Assembly: GCA_964613435.1 (NCBI GenBank) | Contig: CAZTHA010000001.1 | Span: 1 to 43,436 of the forward strand | Origin: an uncultured bacterium | GTDB taxonomy: Bacteria; Muiribacteriota; Ozemobacteria; Ozemobacterales; Ozemobacteraceae | Direction of reading: 5' to 3' | Length of the DNA stretch: 43,436 nt | Shown: positions 25,243 through 34,868 of the stretch, in pieces | Numbering within the stretch: the stretch's first letter is position 1 | Layout: each line of letters starts with the position of its first letter | Notes under the pieces: model-generated | Database searches by the model: none | Told to the model about the DNA's origin: nothing | What the model saw: the letters and a program-made list of their open reading frames with translations, nothing else | Made by a program: the position numbers and the translations under genes

Positions 25243-26277
25243 TCAAAGTTTTCCTTTGTCTTGAAAGATGTTCATGTCGATTTGCCCGCCTTGCCTTAAA
25301 GCTTTTCTCAGGCGTGAAAAGGTTGAATCCAGTTGTTGTATCGTGTCGAGACAATTTTTTTCATTTGCCGAGGTAACGATAATCTGGCTGACTCCGCCAT
25401 TCTTGATGACGATGCGTTTATCGGCGCTCAGGGCTAGAAGTGGATCATGAGTGGAAATGAAAACTATTTTTTCTTTTCGGGCAAGAATTTCAATCGCTTG
25501 CCGACGATCTATTCCTGCATTTTCAATCTCATCGATCAATACGATTGGTGATGCGCTCATGAACGCGGTGTCGGCAATCATCAAAGCTCTTGATTGACCA
25601 CCGCTGAGTTGGGTTAACTTGGTGCTGAGCTCAAACTTCTCACCTGCCATGCTGTTGGCACAACTAAAGCATCTGTCGATAGCGTCTTCGATGTCATCGA
25701 TGAAGCGGCTTCCTGCATGCATTTCAAGAAATTCTTTTACGGTGAGATCCATTACAAAATTCATGTTCTGGGAAAGTTGGGCAACCAGTTTTCCTTCCAT
25801 GTCAAAGCGTTGCTGCTCTGAGATGCTCTCGCCATCAATAAGTATTTTTCTTCCTGTCGGCGTATCGATGTCAGCCAGGCATTCAATATCGGCCAATAAT
25901 CTGCTTTTACCTGAACCGGTCGGTCCAACGATGCTGATCGTTTCGCCAATAGAAGCCGACCATTCGGCTATTTCCGGCTCACCATTCTTGTTTTTTCCGC
26001 CAATAACAGTAAGTGATGCAATTGTAGATGCGGCTGTTCCGCCCCGGGCGAAGGTTTCAAGAAAAAGGCAGAATTCCCGAAAAATCATATCCTTATCGAG
26101 GCCAAAATCTTCGAGAGTTTCCCTGCTTGTTTTTTCAAGAGCACGGCTAAGGGTTAAATTGATGTCGATGTCGTTGATGCGAAGATTGTGGAAAAAACCA
26201 CGACAAAATGGATGTTCATCAAATATCTGTTTTAAAGGTTGTGAAATTGCCATTTCCAAAAAATTGGGCTGACTCAT
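25243..26277 (-). CDS. Soluble ABC-type ATPase with about 110-aa N-terminal extension and no cognate permease
   Basis: Walker A IVGPTGSGKSRLL, Q-loop region, signature LSGGQSRALMIA, Walker B PIVLIDEIENAGID, H-loop FISTHD. ATGA overlap with the upstream GTPase gene (26274-26277). Confidence 0.8.
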   Translation of the reverse strand: MSQPNFLEMAISQPLKQIFDEHPFCRGFFHNLRINDIDINLTLSRALEKTSRETLEDFGLDKDMIFREFCLFLETFARGGTAASTIASLTVIGGKNKNGEPEIAEWSASIGETISIVGPTGSGKSRLLADIECLADIDTPTGRKILIDGESISEQQRFDMEGKLVAQLSQNMNFVMDLTVKEFLEMHAGSRFIDDIEDAIDRCFSCANSMAGEKFELSTKLTQLSGGQSRALMIADTAFMSASPIVLIDEIENAGIDRRQAIEILARKEKIVFISTHDPLLALSADKRIVIKNGGVSQIIVTSANEKNCLDTIQQLDSTFSRLRKALRQGGQIDMNIFQDKGKL

Positions 26278-26966
26278 TTATTCTTGAACTCCATTTTTTT
26301 CATGGTGCCCATCTGGTATTCTGACCCAATTCGCATTTCTCCGGTGCAATATGAGCAGACCGCCGCCGGGGTGGTAAATCGCAGCTTCATTTCATGAAGA
26401 CTGGAGATATCTTTGGCGGTCATCAGATAACGTGCGAGCAATGAGGCTCCTTGTCCGGTAATTCCATTCACGAAGAAAATTCTGGCCTGGGTGTTGACCT
26501 GCTTGATATTGAAGGCAAAAACCTCCCTTTCTGCCTGAGATACAATGTCTCCCTTGGTGACAACGACAATGTCAGCCATTTTCAGCATTGGTCCTATTTT
26601 TCGGGGGGTATTTATTCCGGCAAGATTATCGATGACGCAAACCGAGAGGATCCCCTTAATATAGGGTGAACAGCGGTTGCATAAACCGGCACTTTCTGAA
26701 ATAAGCATTTTGAAACCAGATTGAACGCCCCATTTAACTGCCTCCTCAATGTTGCTGACGAAAAAATGATCGGGGCATAATTTGCCGGAGAATCCGGTAA
26801 CATTTGCAATTCCCTTTTCATCGTATCTAATGTTGTCAAAAGAAGTCAGACAGTCGAATTTGACGACGCCGATGTCGGTAATCGCGATATTCATGGCGGC
26901 AATCGCCTGTAAAATCACCGAGGTCTTGCCAGATGATGGTGGGCCTGCAAAAGTAATCAGTTGCAT
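26274..26966 (-). CDS. G3E-family P-loop GTPase (HypB/UreG/CooC/CobW-like metallochaperone)
   Basis: Walker A FAGPPSSGKTS. Cys/His motif GKLCPDHFF at the position of the UreG CPH and HypB CH motifs. Switch/Walker B LISESAGLCNRCSP (compare HypB ENVGNLVCP). NKxD-like VVTKGDIV. C-terminal CSYCTG. Confidence 0.65.
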   Translation of the reverse strand: MQLITFAGPPSSGKTSVILQAIAAMNIAITDIGVVKFDCLTSFDNIRYDEKGIANVTGFSGKLCPDHFFVSNIEEAVKWGVQSGFKMLISESAGLCNRCSPYIKGILSVCVIDNLAGINTPRKIGPMLKMADIVVVTKGDIVSQAEREVFAFNIKQVNTQARIFFVNGITGQGASLLARYLMTAKDISSLHEMKLRFTTPAAVCSYCTGEMRIGSEYQMGTMKKMEFKNK

Positions 26967-27151
26967 TTCAATTAATCCTTATCATTAAGCGGAAAATTAA
27001 CAGTTACAAATTTTAAAGTCAATCTGGCCGCAAGATTTTGCCGGAATTTTGTGAAAATTTCCCTTATTGAAAGTCGAAGGAAAATTTAACTGTTTTCGTG
27101 TTTGTTAAGCAGTTGTATAATTGTATTAAAGGTTTTCGACAAGGAAAAAGT

Positions 27152-27871
27152 ATGCAGATCAATGAAAGTGCCGGGCGCGAGGAAAAGGACGTTACCTCAA
27201 GAATAAAGCTGGAACTTAAGACGCCTCTTGAGACTGTTTTCATGTGGCTGGGTTTTTGCAGTTTATTTTTGTTGCTGATCGGTTTTATTGGATATATGGA
27301 AGATGGCTGGACTTCCAAGGTTATGGTAATGGTCTATCTTGGCGTTATATCAGTGGTATTTTTCGGCAGTCTTTATTTCAATACCGACAATTTTTACATT
27401 CTCGACATGGATCGTCGTGAACTTCTGTACCATTTTAAATTCTTTTTTTTGCGAAAGATAACCGTGGCCGCCAGATTCGATGATATCAATGCCGTTACGG
27501 TCAGCGGCAGTTACCATAAAAACAAGCATGATCAATGGTATTCTTATCAGACGGTTTATGTAAATGGTGATGGCAAGGTTTTTCCGTTGAGCGATCCCGA
27601 AAGAGAAGCAATTGAGAAGCAAAGGGAGCTAGCCAATCAAATTGCTGAGTTAACAGGCGCCCAATATGTTGAAAACCCCCCACAAGCCTTTGCTTCAGAA
27701 TGTCGATCGGGTTCGAAATACAGCTTTAGACATCACCAGTGTTCATGGCTTGATTCATTGAAAGAAACGGCATTTGTAATAGTCGGAGTTTTTGGTTTTA
27801 TTGCTTTGGTTGCGACAATAAGTCTGAATAGCGAGCAGATTCTTGATGTAATTAAATCTATATTTAAATAA
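27152..27871 (+). CDS. Membrane protein of unknown function
   Basis: Two N-terminal TM helices (FMWLGFCSLFLLLIGFIGY, VMVMVYLGVISVVFFGSLYF), a soluble middle region and a C-terminal TM helix. Start ATG 27152 behind AAGGAAAAAG; the track start 27098 is a GTG. Confidence 0.5.
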   Translation: MQINESAGREEKDVTSRIKLELKTPLETVFMWLGFCSLFLLLIGFIGYMEDGWTSKVMVMVYLGVISVVFFGSLYFNTDNFYILDMDRRELLYHFKFFFLRKITVAARFDDINAVTVSGSYHKNKHDQWYSYQTVYVNGDGKVFPLSDPEREAIEKQRELANQIAELTGAQYVENPPQAFASECRSGSKYSFRHHQCSWLDSLKETAFVIVGVFGFIALVATISLNSEQILDVIKSIFK

Positions 27872-27893
27872 AAGCAGCTTTTTGCGGCGGCAA

Positions 27894-28712
27894 TTAGTGG
27901 AAAAGTTTTATCAGCACTTTCTTTACGCCTTTGCCACCGCGATAGGTTCCCGCCACTACCTGATTCAGACCGATGAAAATGTCGTAATTCACTTTACCTT
28001 CTTTATCTTCCTGTCCGGAAAGACAAAACAGATGTTCTGAGGTTATCGAGCCGTTCGCACCGTCGTTATTGTGCCATGAAAAGAAGTTGTCAGCTATTTC
28101 AAGGGTGATTTGCGAGCCAGGCCGGACAAATTCTTTAACTGAAGCAAGGACCTTCTCTTTTTCAGGAGGTACCGTATCATCACCGAATACGGTTAAATCG
28201 CCGTTAACAATCTGTGCTTCACTATCGCGACTCTGGGTTGCACCATCACCGCCGAAACCGTTATTGGTTATTGAGTCGCCAATGTTGAGCATGTGCCCTT
28301 CGGTTTTTTCAGCGAAGTGTATCTCGATGCGGGCCTTGGTGAATTCAGTGGTTTTGGGATTCAAAACAAGTTTCAGCAAAGCCTGCCCATTACCGGAAAA
28401 ATTTACCAGTGATATTGCTTCTGGTTGGCGGGTGCCGAAGCAATTGTCGACAAGATCGAGAAGAGAATCATATTCCTGGGGAATTTGCTCGAGGCTAAGT
28501 TCTGACATACCGGCAGGGTCTGGCTCGATGGGCTTTCTGTCCCAGCAATTGTAACCCTCAGGACGAATCGAAGAATTTGATCTCGGAACCGCATCTTCAA
28601 AATTGTCGCAGTCTTCGCATGGCGCAATTTGGGTTTGAGAATTTGCCTTTTCACAAGGCAGTGAAATCATAGCTAAAAGGCAAAGCAAAACCAGCAAGAA
28701 TTTTTTCTGCAT
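27894..28712 (-). CDS. Secreted protein of unknown function
   Basis: Signal peptide MQKKFLLVLLCLLAMISLPC. Cys-rich N-terminal segment. No family recognised. Confidence 0.5.
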   Translation of the reverse strand: MQKKFLLVLLCLLAMISLPCEKANSQTQIAPCEDCDNFEDAVPRSNSSIRPEGYNCWDRKPIEPDPAGMSELSLEQIPQEYDSLLDLVDNCFGTRQPEAISLVNFSGNGQALLKLVLNPKTTEFTKARIEIHFAEKTEGHMLNIGDSITNNGFGGDGATQSRDSEAQIVNGDLTVFGDDTVPPEKEKVLASVKEFVRPGSQITLEIADNFFSWHNNDGANGSITSEHLFCLSGQEDKEGKVNYDIFIGLNQVVAGTYRGGKGVKKVLIKLFH

Positions 28713-28848
28713 TTTTTCCTCCATAAGCAAAAAAGCCGCATTCTCAATCGTTTTAAAAGAAACCCCGACTTTATTTTATCAGAAATTCTACAGACGTATT
28801 CGGTTAAAAATGTTAGAGTTTCTGAAAAATTCTATCAGCAGGGATAAT

Positions 28849-30117
28849 ATGGAAAATAGACTGTCGCTCACTAAAAGAATACTCGTTGGCCTGATCCTGG
28901 GAGCTATTTTCGGGCTAGGACTTACCCTGCTCGGCAAGGGCAGCATAAAAGATGTATGGATAGCAGGAATACTTGATCTTGTCGGCGGAATTTTCATAAA
29001 TTCGATTCGTATGCTTGTCGTACCCATGGTTTTTGTTTCTCTGGTCTGTGGTGTAACCAATCTTGGCGATGTTACCCGCCTTGGACGAATCGGGGTAAAG
29101 ACAATGGCTTTTTATCTTATTACTACTGCAATTGCCATAAGCCTCGCTCTTTCGGTTTCAAGTCTTGTTCAGCCAGGATCTGGACTCAGCTTGGCTGAAT
29201 TGAGCAAGCATGAGGCGAGCATTGGGGCCCGCCAGCCGCTGGTTAAAATTTTGAAAAACATTATTCCAACTAATCCAATTGCCGCGATGGCTGAAGGGAA
29301 TATGTTGCAGATTATCTTTCTGGCTTTGCTGACTGGAATCAGCGCAACCCTGGTTGGCAATAGTGCCCGGCCGGTCGTCGAGCTTTTTCATTCTGCCAAT
29401 TCGGTCATTATGAAGATGATAATGCTTCTTATGCATCTTGCCCCCTATGGCGTTTTTGCCTTGATTGCGCAGACATTTGCTTCTGTAGGCATGGATGCGA
29501 TGTTGCCACTTTTGAAATATACCTTTACCGTTCTTATTGCTCTGTTGCTGCACATGGTTTTTGTATATCTTGGTGCATTGCGGGTTTTGGGCAAACTCAG
29601 TCCGTGGCAATTCATCCGTAACTTCGTGCCGGCCATGAGTGTGGCTTTCTCTACGGCCAGCAGTAATGGAACTTTGCCGGTAACAATCGAGACGGTTGAA
29701 GATCGCTGTGGAGTTTCTGAAAGTGTAGCTTCTTTCACTCTGCCACTTGGTGCGACGATCAATATGGATGGTACGGCAATAATGCAGGGGGTTGCTGTGG
29801 TTTTCATCGCCAACGTTTACGGAATTCCTTTGCCTTTGGGATCATTTTTGACCGTTATTTTGACTGCGACCATGGCTTCGATTGGTACGGCCGGTGTTCC
29901 TGGTGTCGGAATGATCACCCTGTCAATGGTCCTTGAATCGGTTAACCTTCCCGTCGAAGGTATTGCCCTGATAATCGGAGTCGATCGTATTCTCGATATG
30001 GCAAGAACTGTAGTGAACATCACCGGCGATGCCGTATGCACTTTGCTGATTGCCAAATCGGAAGGGGAGTTCGATCAGGAGGCTTACAATGTGCATAGTC
30101 CGGTAAAAACCGGCTAA
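28849..30117 (+). CDS. Dicarboxylate/amino acid:cation symporter (DAACS family)
   Basis: MLVVPMVFVSLVCGV, SSNGTLPVT, LGATINMDGTAI and DRILDMARTVVNITGDA are the conserved DAACS hairpin and TM7/TM8 blocks. Start ATG 28849 (MENRL) or 28810. Confidence 0.85.
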   Translation: MENRLSLTKRILVGLILGAIFGLGLTLLGKGSIKDVWIAGILDLVGGIFINSIRMLVVPMVFVSLVCGVTNLGDVTRLGRIGVKTMAFYLITTAIAISLALSVSSLVQPGSGLSLAELSKHEASIGARQPLVKILKNIIPTNPIAAMAEGNMLQIIFLALLTGISATLVGNSARPVVELFHSANSVIMKMIMLLMHLAPYGVFALIAQTFASVGMDAMLPLLKYTFTVLIALLLHMVFVYLGALRVLGKLSPWQFIRNFVPAMSVAFSTASSNGTLPVTIETVEDRCGVSESVASFTLPLGATINMDGTAIMQGVAVVFIANVYGIPLPLGSFLTVILTATMASIGTAGVPGVGMITLSMVLESVNLPVEGIALIIGVDRILDMARTVVNITGDAVCTLLIAKSEGEFDQEAYNVHSPVKTG

Positions 30118-30134
30118 AATTCGGTTTTACTAGG

Positions 30135-31283
30135 CTAAACGGCTTTTACGACAACAACGGTGAGATCGTCGACAAGCTCTTTGTTCTCGGTGAAATTTCG
30201 ATAATCCTGGTCGAGGGTCTGCAAAAATTCTTTGGCAGAAAGATTTTCCAGGCGTTCAATACAATCCATCAATGAATGGTCGCCAAAATATTCGCCCCTG
30301 GAGTTCCGTCCATCCATCAAACCGTCAGAATAAAAGACAAAGATATCGTTTGTCGCAAAACGAACTTCAATCTGTTTGCAGCTCAAAGAATCCGGTATTC
30401 CTACCGGCGTATTTTCGCCCTTTAATGAAAGCCATTTATTTTGTTGTGTGGAAAACCACAAAATGGGTGTGTGTCCGGCATCGACGAAGTTCATACTGTT
30501 CTTGCTGCGGTCGATGCGGGCATAAACCATGGTGATGAATTTCTGAACCTGTTCCAGGCCTGGGGTAATTATGGTTCTGAAAGACTCCATTATCGCTTGT
30601 GGCTGTTTTTCAGAAGAATCAGTTGCTAAGGCTTTTTGCCAGAGCACTCTTGTTAACTGATTTTTGGCCCCGGCCCCTACCAGAGCAGCATGCAGGCCCT
30701 TGCCCATGACGTCACCAACGACAAGATCGAAGCATTCGTTTGAAAGACTGAAAAAGTCGATAAAATCACCGTCAACATATTTTGAAGGAACTGTCAGCGC
30801 CGCGGTTTCCAGGCCCGGTAAATTTTCCGGTAAGACACCAATCAACAGGCTTTGCTGAATTTCTCCGGCAATTGCCAGCTCCTGATTTCTGGCTTCTTTT
30901 TCGATCTGGGTCAGTTTATATTGTCGATGAGCGTCAGCCAGGACTTTTTCAAGCTGCTCAAGAGAGCACGGTTTGGTAATGAAGCGGAAAATGTTGCCCT
31001 CGTTTACGGCTTTGGTTGCGATTTGAAAATCGCCCTCCCCAGTAAGCATGATGCGAATGCTTTCGGGGCTCTTGGCCAATGAACGATTGAGGAAGGTTAC
31101 TCCGTCCATGCGTGGCATGTTGAAATCTGAAACAATGATTTGAAAATCATTTTGTTTTTCGATGGCTTCCAGTGCCTCATCTCCACTCATTGCTGTGGTA
31201 AGATCCCAATTTTTTCGCAGACCCCGGCTATAAGAAAAAATAATGTTGGGTTCGTCGTCAACCAGAAGGATTTTTGGTTTCAT
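30135..31283 (-). CDS. Response regulator with PP2C/SpoIIE-type phosphatase output (RsbU-like)
   Basis: REC: ILLVDDEPN, IVSDFNMPRMDG, MLTGE, TKPC. PP2C: GDFIDFF, GDVMGKGLHAALVGA, FVDAGHTPIL, FYSDGLMD, DDLTVVVVK. Confidence 0.85.
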   Translation of the reverse strand: MKPKILLVDDEPNIIFSYSRGLRKNWDLTTAMSGDEALEAIEKQNDFQIIVSDFNMPRMDGVTFLNRSLAKSPESIRIMLTGEGDFQIATKAVNEGNIFRFITKPCSLEQLEKVLADAHRQYKLTQIEKEARNQELAIAGEIQQSLLIGVLPENLPGLETAALTVPSKYVDGDFIDFFSLSNECFDLVVGDVMGKGLHAALVGAGAKNQLTRVLWQKALATDSSEKQPQAIMESFRTIITPGLEQVQKFITMVYARIDRSKNSMNFVDAGHTPILWFSTQQNKWLSLKGENTPVGIPDSLSCKQIEVRFATNDIFVFYSDGLMDGRNSRGEYFGDHSLMDCIERLENLSAKEFLQTLDQDYRNFTENKELVDDLTVVVVKAV

Positions 31284-32485
31284 TTTTTTGCTTCCTGCAG
31301 CAGGTTTTCAGCCTTTTTTTGCCAGCCGGCAAAATTCTTTTTGACCTGAACGTCGCGACAGATCTTTTCGTTCAAAGCTACCGGTTCATGGTTGGCCATG
31401 CACAGAAACAAGTTTGCAAGGTAGGTACTTATCAGAACTTTTCCATTGGTGAATTCGAGCTGTTCAGGACGATGGTGGCAGGCAACAGCTTCAACCACTG
31501 AATCGGGCAGACCCCACAAGCCAAGCAAGTAGGCTCCGACTTCGGCGTGAGAAGTGGAAAAACATTGATACTCTGCTTCAGAAAAGGCTTTTTCACTATT
31601 GTTGTCGATTTTGTTCAGAACTTTGTAGAAATATCCCGGATGTTCGAGAAGCAGCAATTTTCCGATATCGTGAAGCATTCCGGCGAGAAATGCCTCCTCC
31701 TGTTCCCGGCCTGATGAATTCAGATCACTTGCAATTTCACGACTCAATTTTGCCGTCATCGAGCTGTGAACCCAAAGCTGGTCGAGGGAAAGTCCAGGGT
31801 AAATGTTGTCTGGAGCTGCGAAAAACAGTTTTACATAACAGACTAAAGATTTGATAACGTTTATACCAAGTAATACGACCGCTGTTTGTGGGCTGGTGAC
31901 CTCTCTTGGCAGGCCGAAAAAGGCGGAGTTTACCAGATGCAATACCCGTGAAGTCATCGATACATCGCGGGCGATGATTTCGCCAATCTCTTCAAGAGAT
32001 ATGAGCGGAGATTCTATTGCCGCAACCAGTTCGTGATAAAGACTGGGAAGGCTGGGTAAATAAGGTATTCCGCCGATTATTTCCTTCAATTCATGGTTCT
32101 TCAGCAATTTGCGTAATCTTGCCGCCTTTTCAATCTGTTCAATCAGTAATTCGCCGCGGAAGGGTTTGGCGAGAAAACGGTGAGCCGACTGTGTGGCTTT
32201 TAGAACCGCCTCTGAATGGCCGTCAGGCTCAGCAGATAAAACAATTCTGATGACTTCCGGATAGATCTGCTGAACGGATCTGATCAGGTCGCTGCCATCT
32301 TCAAGCTGCATGTCGAGTTCGGCAATAATTACATCCGGATGCAGTTGTCGGAGCTTGGTCATGGCTTCCCTGGCGGTAAGGGCAAATGCAATGCTCCAAT
32401 TCGGTTTCAAAGCTTTGAGCATTCGGCGGTGCCCATCCTGGATATTCTTGTCAGGGTCTGCTAGTAACAGGCTGAAGTTTTGCAA
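31280..32485 (-). CDS. Response regulator receiver + HDOD domain protein
   Basis: REC-like N-terminus (LLLADPD, IIAELDM, VLSA, AKPF). HDOD: LPSLPSLYHELVAAIESPLISLEEIGEIIARDVSMTSRVLHLVNSAFFGL and MLHDIGKLLL. 4-nt overlap with the downstream gene. Confidence 0.8.
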   Translation of the reverse strand: MQNFSLLLADPDKNIQDGHRRMLKALKPNWSIAFALTAREAMTKLRQLHPDVIIAELDMQLEDGSDLIRSVQQIYPEVIRIVLSAEPDGHSEAVLKATQSAHRFLAKPFRGELLIEQIEKAARLRKLLKNHELKEIIGGIPYLPSLPSLYHELVAAIESPLISLEEIGEIIARDVSMTSRVLHLVNSAFFGLPREVTSPQTAVVLLGINVIKSLVCYVKLFFAAPDNIYPGLSLDQLWVHSSMTAKLSREIASDLNSSGREQEEAFLAGMLHDIGKLLLLEHPGYFYKVLNKIDNNSEKAFSEAEYQCFSTSHAEVGAYLLGLWGLPDSVVEAVACHHRPEQLEFTNGKVLISTYLANLFLCMANHEPVALNEKICRDVQVKKNFAGWQKKAENLLQEAKK

Positions 32486-32488
32486 TGC

Positions 32489-33370
32489 TTACCTCGCTTC
32501 ATTTTCTGGCCGATTCTGCGGCAGCACCATTATGAATGAGGTGCCTTGCGTTGTCGAAGAAACGCTTATTTTTCCGCCATGCTCATCTTCGATAATTCGC
32601 CTTACCAGACTCAGGCCAAGACCGGTGCCTTTGCCCGGCTCTTTGGTGGTGAAATACGGTTCAAAAATGCGATCGAGGTTGGCACGAGAAATTTCCGGCC
32701 CGTCATTGGCAATTTCTATTTCGATGTTTTCAGCGACAATTCTTGTAACAACCTTGATCTTGCCTCGATCGTATTGCCCGGCCTGGATTTTTTCGTCGAT
32801 GGCGTGGGCGGCATTGACGACAATGTTTAGAAGAACCTGATGCAATTCATCTCTGGAAGCATATAGATAAGGAAGATCCCGTGATAGCTTGAGTTCGAAG
32901 TCGGCGATACGTTTCCATTCGTGGCGCGAGATTGTATAGACCGTGTCGATGCATTTGTTAACATCTACAAGGGAAAAGTTGTGTGGCGACTGATGGGAAA
33001 AGTCTTTCATGGCTAAAACAAGCCGCGAAACCAACGAAATTCCCTCGCCAGATTGTTCGAGTGCCAGTCCGATTTCTTTCTGAAGGTATTCCGAGTCGGC
33101 TTCTTTTTCCAGGTTATGCAGAGCTTGCCACTCGTCAGGCAGAATACTTCTGCCCGTCTCGACACGTTTGAGTATTTCATGATAGGCGTCAAGCAGCCTG
33201 GAAAGGTCTTTGAAGGCGTATTTCAGAAAAGTCAAATTGGTGTCGAGATAATGCATCGGAGTGTTTATCTCGTGGGTGATGCCTGAGATCAAGCCGCCAA
33301 GCAGCTTGAGCTTCTCATGCTTCGATGGGTTTGCAGCTGCCGGCTTTTTGTCATTGTCCAGATGGTTCAA
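32489..33370 (-). CDS. Cytoplasmic histidine kinase (HisKA + HATPase_c) without sensor or TM domain
   Basis: H-box LISGITHEINTPM, N-box LLNIVVNAAHAI, G-boxes DGPEIS and GTGLGLSLVRRII. No hydrophobic helices. Confidence 0.85.
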   Translation of the reverse strand: MNHLDNDKKPAAANPSKHEKLKLLGGLISGITHEINTPMHYLDTNLTFLKYAFKDLSRLLDAYHEILKRVETGRSILPDEWQALHNLEKEADSEYLQKEIGLALEQSGEGISLVSRLVLAMKDFSHQSPHNFSLVDVNKCIDTVYTISRHEWKRIADFELKLSRDLPYLYASRDELHQVLLNIVVNAAHAIDEKIQAGQYDRGKIKVVTRIVAENIEIEIANDGPEISRANLDRIFEPYFTTKEPGKGTGLGLSLVRRIIEDEHGGKISVSSTTQGTSFIMVLPQNRPENEAR

Positions 33371-33491
33371 ATGAATTGTCCTCTTTTGTTTTTTAGCATA
33401 ATCAGTATATCATCACCAGATAGATGGCACAAAGAACTCGGCAAAAGAGTGGCTTCTGAAGATCAAAAGCACTTCTTGATCAACATACCGG

Positions 33492-34862
33492 TTGGGCTGC
33501 CGATATTTTAACGCAGGTTGGAAATTGAAAAGTCACGTCGATCTCACTCAGGGTTCTGAACTCAGGGCCATCGTTGGCATGACCATGCCGATGATGGTCG
33601 GAATGGTTGGCATGGTTGCTTTCAATCTTGTCGACACTTATTTTGTCGGCCAACTTGGTACAGAAGCCTTGGCGGCGATGAGTTTCACTCTGCCAGTGGT
33701 TTTGATGCAGGGTGCCATTTCGATGGGACTTGGTGTGGGGGCATCTGCAGTAATTGCTCGAGCTATTGGTGAAAAGAATCCGCAACGGGTAAAACGTTTG
33801 ACGACTGATGCTCTGATTCTGTCTTTGTTGATCGTAATCATTTTCGTCCTGGTCGGCATGCTCACCATCGATCCGCTTTTTTCAATGCTTGGTGCCGATG
33901 CAGATTCAATCATTCTTATCAGGAGATATATGCGAATCTGGTATCCGGGTCTTGTTTTTGTCGTGATACCCATGGTTGGCAATAATGCGATAAGGGCTGC
34001 CGGCAATACAATTATTCCCAGCGCGGTCATGCTGGTTGCCATTTTTATAAATCTGGTTCTGGACCCGATTCTGATATTCGGCTGGGGGCCCTTTCCGAGA
34101 CTGGAGCTTGAGGGTGCGGCGATCGCAACGGTCGTTGCCCGTTCAGTAACCCTGGTCGTTTCGTTATTATTTCTGCATTTTAAATTTTCCATGCTGACGA
34201 AAAATTTCTCCGGTTTCAAAAACACTCTCGCTTCATGGGCAGAAATTCTTCACATTGGCATTCCGGCTGCTTTTACGCAAATTTTGATTCCACTGGCAAT
34301 GGGGTTGTTGACTCGCATGATTTCAGGGCAGGGAAACGCTGCAGTTGCAGCTTTTGGTGTGTGCTGCAGAATTGAAATGTTTGTAATGTCGCCAATCACA
34401 GCTTTGGCGGCGATAATGACCCCCTATACCGGGCAGAATCTTGGAGCTGGAAAGATCGGGCGGATTCAAAATGGATTCAAGTTAAGCACGTACATTTCTA
34501 TGACGGTTGGTCTGGTTGCCTGGCTGTTTTTTCTGCCTTTGGGAGATTTTTCAGGAAAGCTGTTCAATCAATCAGCTGAAGTATACCTGATCGTAGGTAA
34601 GTATCTAAGGCTCGTTGCCTTCAGTTACGGCCTTCATGGAATTGCAATGATCGTGGCTTCGATATTGAATGCTTTGCATAAGCCGGTGTTGGCATTATTG
34701 GTAAATTTTTGCAAACTTATAGTCATGCTTGTACCATTTTGTTATATCGGGTTGGGCGTAAAGGGTCTTTTGGGAGGCTTTACCGGGATTTCTGCGGCTT
34801 ATTTTTTATCTGGAGCTCTGGCTTGGTTATATCTGTGGTATTTTTTAAAAAAACAGGAGTGA
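33492..34862 (+). CDS. MATE-family efflux transporter
   Basis: GMTMPMMVGMVGMVAFNLVDTYFVGQLGTEALAAMSF is the canonical MATE N-terminus. 12 TM-like segments. Start uncertain: TTG 33492 in the track, with another TTG at 33525. Confidence 0.8.
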   Translation: MGCRYFNAGWKLKSHVDLTQGSELRAIVGMTMPMMVGMVGMVAFNLVDTYFVGQLGTEALAAMSFTLPVVLMQGAISMGLGVGASAVIARAIGEKNPQRVKRLTTDALILSLLIVIIFVLVGMLTIDPLFSMLGADADSIILIRRYMRIWYPGLVFVVIPMVGNNAIRAAGNTIIPSAVMLVAIFINLVLDPILIFGWGPFPRLELEGAAIATVVARSVTLVVSLLFLHFKFSMLTKNFSGFKNTLASWAEILHIGIPAAFTQILIPLAMGLLTRMISGQGNAAVAAFGVCCRIEMFVMSPITALAAIMTPYTGQNLGAGKIGRIQNGFKLSTYISMTVGLVAWLFFLPLGDFSGKLFNQSAEVYLIVGKYLRLVAFSYGLHGIAMIVASILNALHKPVLALLVNFCKLIVMLVPFCYIGLGVKGLLGGFTGISAAYFLSGALAWLYLWYFLKKQE

Positions 34863-34868
34863 AATGCA

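Noticed and set aside
25619-26272. 217-aa + strand ORF antisense to the ABC ATPase gene.
   Set aside because: The opposite strand encodes complete Walker A/signature/Walker B motifs. The antisense product is Ser/Arg/Leu-rich with no motif, a typical shadow ORF.
27091-27121. TATAAT box (27116-27121) upstream of the membrane-protein gene, considered as a promoter.
   Set aside because: No acceptable -35 element at 16-18 nt spacing (TTTTCG at best). Left uncalled.
33638-34225. 195-aa minus-strand ORF inside the MATE gene.
   Set aside because: It is a shadow ORF opposite a polytopic transporter with the canonical MATE N-terminus.
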